In this document: one piece after another, positions 36,246 to 39,142 of the stretch
Layout of the letters: the number at the start of each line of letters is the position of its first letter
Position numbering within the stretch: the stretch's first letter is position 1
NCBI RefSeq assembly: GCF_001194135.2
Contig: NC_068985.1
Coordinates: forward strand, 109,239,238-109,278,379
Direction of reading: 5' to 3'
Source of the DNA: Octopus bimaculoides
Lineage: Eukaryota
DNA length: 39,142 bases
Notes under the pieces: model-generated
The model's input: the letters and a program-made list of their open reading frames with translations, nothing else
What the model was told of the DNA's origin: nothing
Databases searched by the model: none
Made by a program: the position numbers and the translations under genes

Positions 36246-36294
36246 NNNNNNNNNNATAATAATAATGATAATAATAATAATAATAATAGTAATA

Positions 36295-36354
<60 letters not shown>

Positions 36355-36541
36355 GTAGTAGTAGTAATAATAATAATAGAATAAAGACAATAATAACATT
36401 AATAAAAACACCAACAACAAAATCAATAATATAGGGTATATTTACCAAATTCCCTTGACAAGTACCTGGTGATAGCCATGCTTTGTATGTACTGCGTCTT
36501 ATTGTCGAACTCTAACATTGGCATCATACCACCGGGCATCC
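28421..36541 (-). CDS. S-crystallin (GST-sigma-derived cephalopod lens crystallin family), 5'-partial, 5 exons in window
   Basis: join(36541-36446,33452-33337,32371-32342,30844-30737,28585-28421) = 515 nt. All introns are GT-AG with compatible phases (1,0,0,0). Translation: [170 protein letters not shown]. This is colinear with Octopus S-crystallins as recalled ([60 protein letters not shown]) and is Met-rich (19/170). Confidence 0.96.
28746..29640 (-). mobile_element. tRNA-derived SINE, family B, with greatly expanded internal (TA)n spanning a gap
   Basis: 5' half at ~29475-29640 and 3' half at ~28746-28910, separated by (TA)n plus an N-gap. Confidence 0.8.
30737..30844 (-). CDS. S-crystallin exon (helix 5), 108 nt, phase 0-0
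   Basis: Acceptor ctctttccgattgacag|CGC; donor GAG AAG|gtaact. Encodes [36 protein letters not shown]. Confidence 0.95.
31775..32170 (-). mobile_element. tRNA-derived SINE, family B (full length, well preserved, intronic)
   Basis: Reverse complement is colinear with 4135-4520, with intact A/B boxes and tail. Confidence 0.92.
32342..32371 (-). CDS. S-crystallin loop micro-exon, 30 nt, phase 0-0
   Basis: Strong acceptor gatttctttttctttcag| and donor |gtaagt. Encodes [10 protein letters not shown], which fills exactly the 10-aa helix4-helix5 insertion of short-loop S-crystallins. Confidence 0.9.
33054..33205 (-). mobile_element. SINE family B, 5' half
   Basis: accacacagccac head and gggcttctttcagtttccgtct; stops at the microsatellite. 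Confidence 0.85.
33337..33452 (-). CDS. S-crystallin exon (helix 4), 116 nt, phase 1-0
   Basis: Acceptor ctaactgttcatttaag|GT TTC CAT; donor ATT GTG|gtaatt. Encodes (G)[38 protein letters not shown]. Confidence 0.95.
35893..36101 (-). mobile_element. SINE family A (intronic)
   Basis: Same core (ggtacttattttatcgacaccgaaatgatgaaag...tttgaactcagaac). Confidence 0.85.
36105..36400. repeat. (CAC)/(CTA)n/(TAA)n trinucleotide ladder next to the S-crystallin exon
   Basis: Direct reading; contains a 10-N gap. Confidence 0.95.
36446..36541 (-). CDS. S-crystallin exon (G-site segment), 96 nt, phase 1-1
   Basis: Acceptor aaatttcag|GG ATG CCC; donor TTT G|gtaaat. Encodes [31 protein letters not shown]. 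Confidence 0.95.
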
Positions 36542-36991
36542 CTGAAATTTCAATATAAGAACGTTGCCGCAGACAAATGTGATAGGAATTGAAATAAGAT
36601 GAACAAAGGACAACTAAACATTTCATAAAGATATATTGTATAGATTATGCTCCAGGTCAAATACACAGGATAGTAATCATGTATTAAACGTATGAAGCGA
36701 ATACCAGTCAGAAATATAAAGTAATTTCTGTGTGGTGATGTGATGGAAAATATACTGTATTTATTTACAGGAAAACATGAATAAAGAGACAATACAACGA
36801 AGGAAAGGACACAATAGCTTGGTAATATGAGAGGGTGTATGGTTTATCTCACACGTTTTTTCTATTTTTTTTTCTTTTCTATTTTCATGTAAGTCAATCT
36901 CACTCGTTCCCTCCCCTCTGGTGTGTTACTATTCAATTCCTTCCCTTGTTTGGATTTTTAAAAAATAACAATTGATATCATATCATATCTT

Positions 36992-37250
<259 letters not shown>

Positions 37251-38214
37251 ATGTAAATATTTTCTTACGCATATACACACGAAGTTAAAGAGGGGGAGAC
37301 GATGTGAGAGGAGATGAGGAAGAGAAAGCGTGAAAATATAAAATCATTTACTCTTGATTTTATCTATTTCAGTAGAATAAATATATAAAGTTAAACTATC
37401 CATGCTAGAAAAATAACCATTTCTATTTTAATAGCAATAGCTCTACAGGGCGTTCGGGCTAAATTTGACAGTTTACATAAAAAGAAAGGAAAACATAATT
37501 TTCCATCGAAATATAAATGTATTTAAAAAAAAATCCCAAACTATCAACTAAATTATGGCTGCAAGATAACAATTTACATATATGTATGTATGTATACATA
37601 CATAAATAAATACATTACATACATACACGAGTAAGCACATAAATGCGAAAGAAGATAGAGAAAATAGTACTAGAATACTAGAGGTAGAGTAAAATGCTTT
37701 TGTTATAATTAAAGCTTATATGCTCCATTATTAGACTGTTTTGCTTTGTAATTTGCACGGTGATCGCTATAAGCTTTAAGCTGATAAAAAAATAACATTA
37801 TTATTATTTACAGAAATGTAAAACTTGACATTGCTTAATAAAACCATTCGCACCGAAATATATATATATATATATANNNNNNNNNNNNNNNNNNNNNNNN
37901 NNNNNNNNNNNNNNNNNNNNNNNNNNNNNNNNNNNNNNNNNNNNNNNNNNNNNNNNNNNNNNNNNNNNNNNNNNNNNNNNNNNNNNNNNNNNNNNNNNNN
38001 NNNNNNNNNNNNNNNNNNNNNNNNNNNNNNNNNNNNNNNNNNNNNNNNNNNNNNNNNNNNNNNNNNNNNNNNNNNNNNNNNNNNNNNNNNNNNNNNNNNN
38101 NNNNNNNNNNNNNNNNNNNNNNNNNNNNNNNNNNNNNNNNNNNNNNNNNNNNNNNNNNNNNNNNNNNNNNNNNNNNNNNNNNNNNNNNNNNNNNNNNNNN
38201 NNNNNNNNNNNNNN

Positions 38215-38247
<33 letters not shown>

Positions 38248-38262
38248 TATATACATATATAT

Positions 38263-38434
38263 GCGATGGGTTTCTTTTCAGTTTCTGTTTCCGTTTACCA
38301 AATACATTCACCAGCTACTAGTCTGCCTGTGATTATAGTAGAAGACACTAGCCAAAGAAACTACACAGAAGGACTGAACGCAAGAGCACATGGTTAGTAA
38401 GTTAGTTTCCTAGCCACACAGCCATGCCTGCGCC
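38263..38434 (-). mobile_element. SINE family B, 5' half (diverged)
   Basis: gccacacagccatgcctgcgcc head and tagtagaagacact; stops at (TA)n and a gap. Confidence 0.75.
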
Positions 38435-39142
38435 TATATACCTAAAATATTCTTTTTTTACTCTAGGCACAAGACCCCAATATATACATAAAATATTGTA
38501 AAGTGACGTCTATTGTTCCAAACTGGCTACGTGTAGACATTTTCTTTATTCAATCCACATCGGCCCATTTATGTCCTATACTCTCAACCCAGTCGGAAAT
38601 GGTCTCTAAATATTTTTCTGCTTATCTCTGCTCTTTAATTTTTGTATTTTGTTTTTTCCTCAATCTCGCAAGTCAATATATATGTAAGATGGTTGCAAAC
38701 TGTTGCAAATGTTTTGACTAAGTCAGTAACGATCTTTAAAAACAATACTGAATGACCTATATGCATACTTACACATATACACATATACTCATATAGATAC
38801 TTACATACATACGAGCATACATACGTGCATACATACGTGCATACATACGTAAATATATACATGCATATATTTGTGCATGCGTACAAGCAGTATATACAGC
38901 ATATATATTTGATACAGTGTTTTATATTTGAAAAAATAAATAAAAATGGCTTTGCAGATAAATTTTTTTTCACTTCAATAAATTAGATGTTTGCAAGTTA
39001 GAGGTGTCTTATAAACATCTAATTATTGAACTGGAAAAAATGAACAGAAAAGTCATTTGTATTCATTTGCTCAAATATATATTACTGTATCAAAGAATCT
39101 TATTTTTTTTATTCTACTATATATATATATATATATATATAT

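Noticed and set aside
36024-36448. Poly-T/poly-N/poly-L/poly-Y ORFs
   Set aside because: Stop-free frames of the (CTA)n/(TAA)n tract plus SINE sequence inside an intron.
36423-36626. 67-aa ORF taken as a complete gene
   Set aside because: Only 36541-36446 is exonic; the flanks are intron read-through beyond clear splice sites.

Overview
AT-rich eukaryotic genomic DNA, inferred to be octopus (coleoid cephalopod). It is dominated by microsatellites, tRNA-derived SINEs and decayed transposons, and has 10 N-gaps (~3.9 kb in total) that all sit in simple repeats. One protein-coding gene could be assembled by hand: a minus-strand S-crystallin (sigma-class GST-derived lens protein family). Five GT-AG exons lie at 36541-36446, 33452-33337, 32371-32342 (a 30-nt loop micro-exon), 30844-30737 and 28585-28421, giving 170 aa in frame. 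The N-terminal ~45 aa and the promoter were not found and probably lie right of the window. About 18 kb downstream on the same strand is an orphan, strongly diverged terminal exon of a second S-crystallin/GST paralogue (10264-10103). Other elements: a Penelope-type minimal hammerhead-ribozyme motif, two head-to-tail R4/Dong-clade LINE 3' ends associated with (TAA)n, two Tc1/mariner relics, a hAT MITE with its TSD, an old inverted duplication and several near-perfect palindromes. Almost all ORFs in the supplied track are microsatellite or N-gap artefacts. No rRNA, true tRNA or CRISPR. Family assignments rest on motif recall, not database searches.
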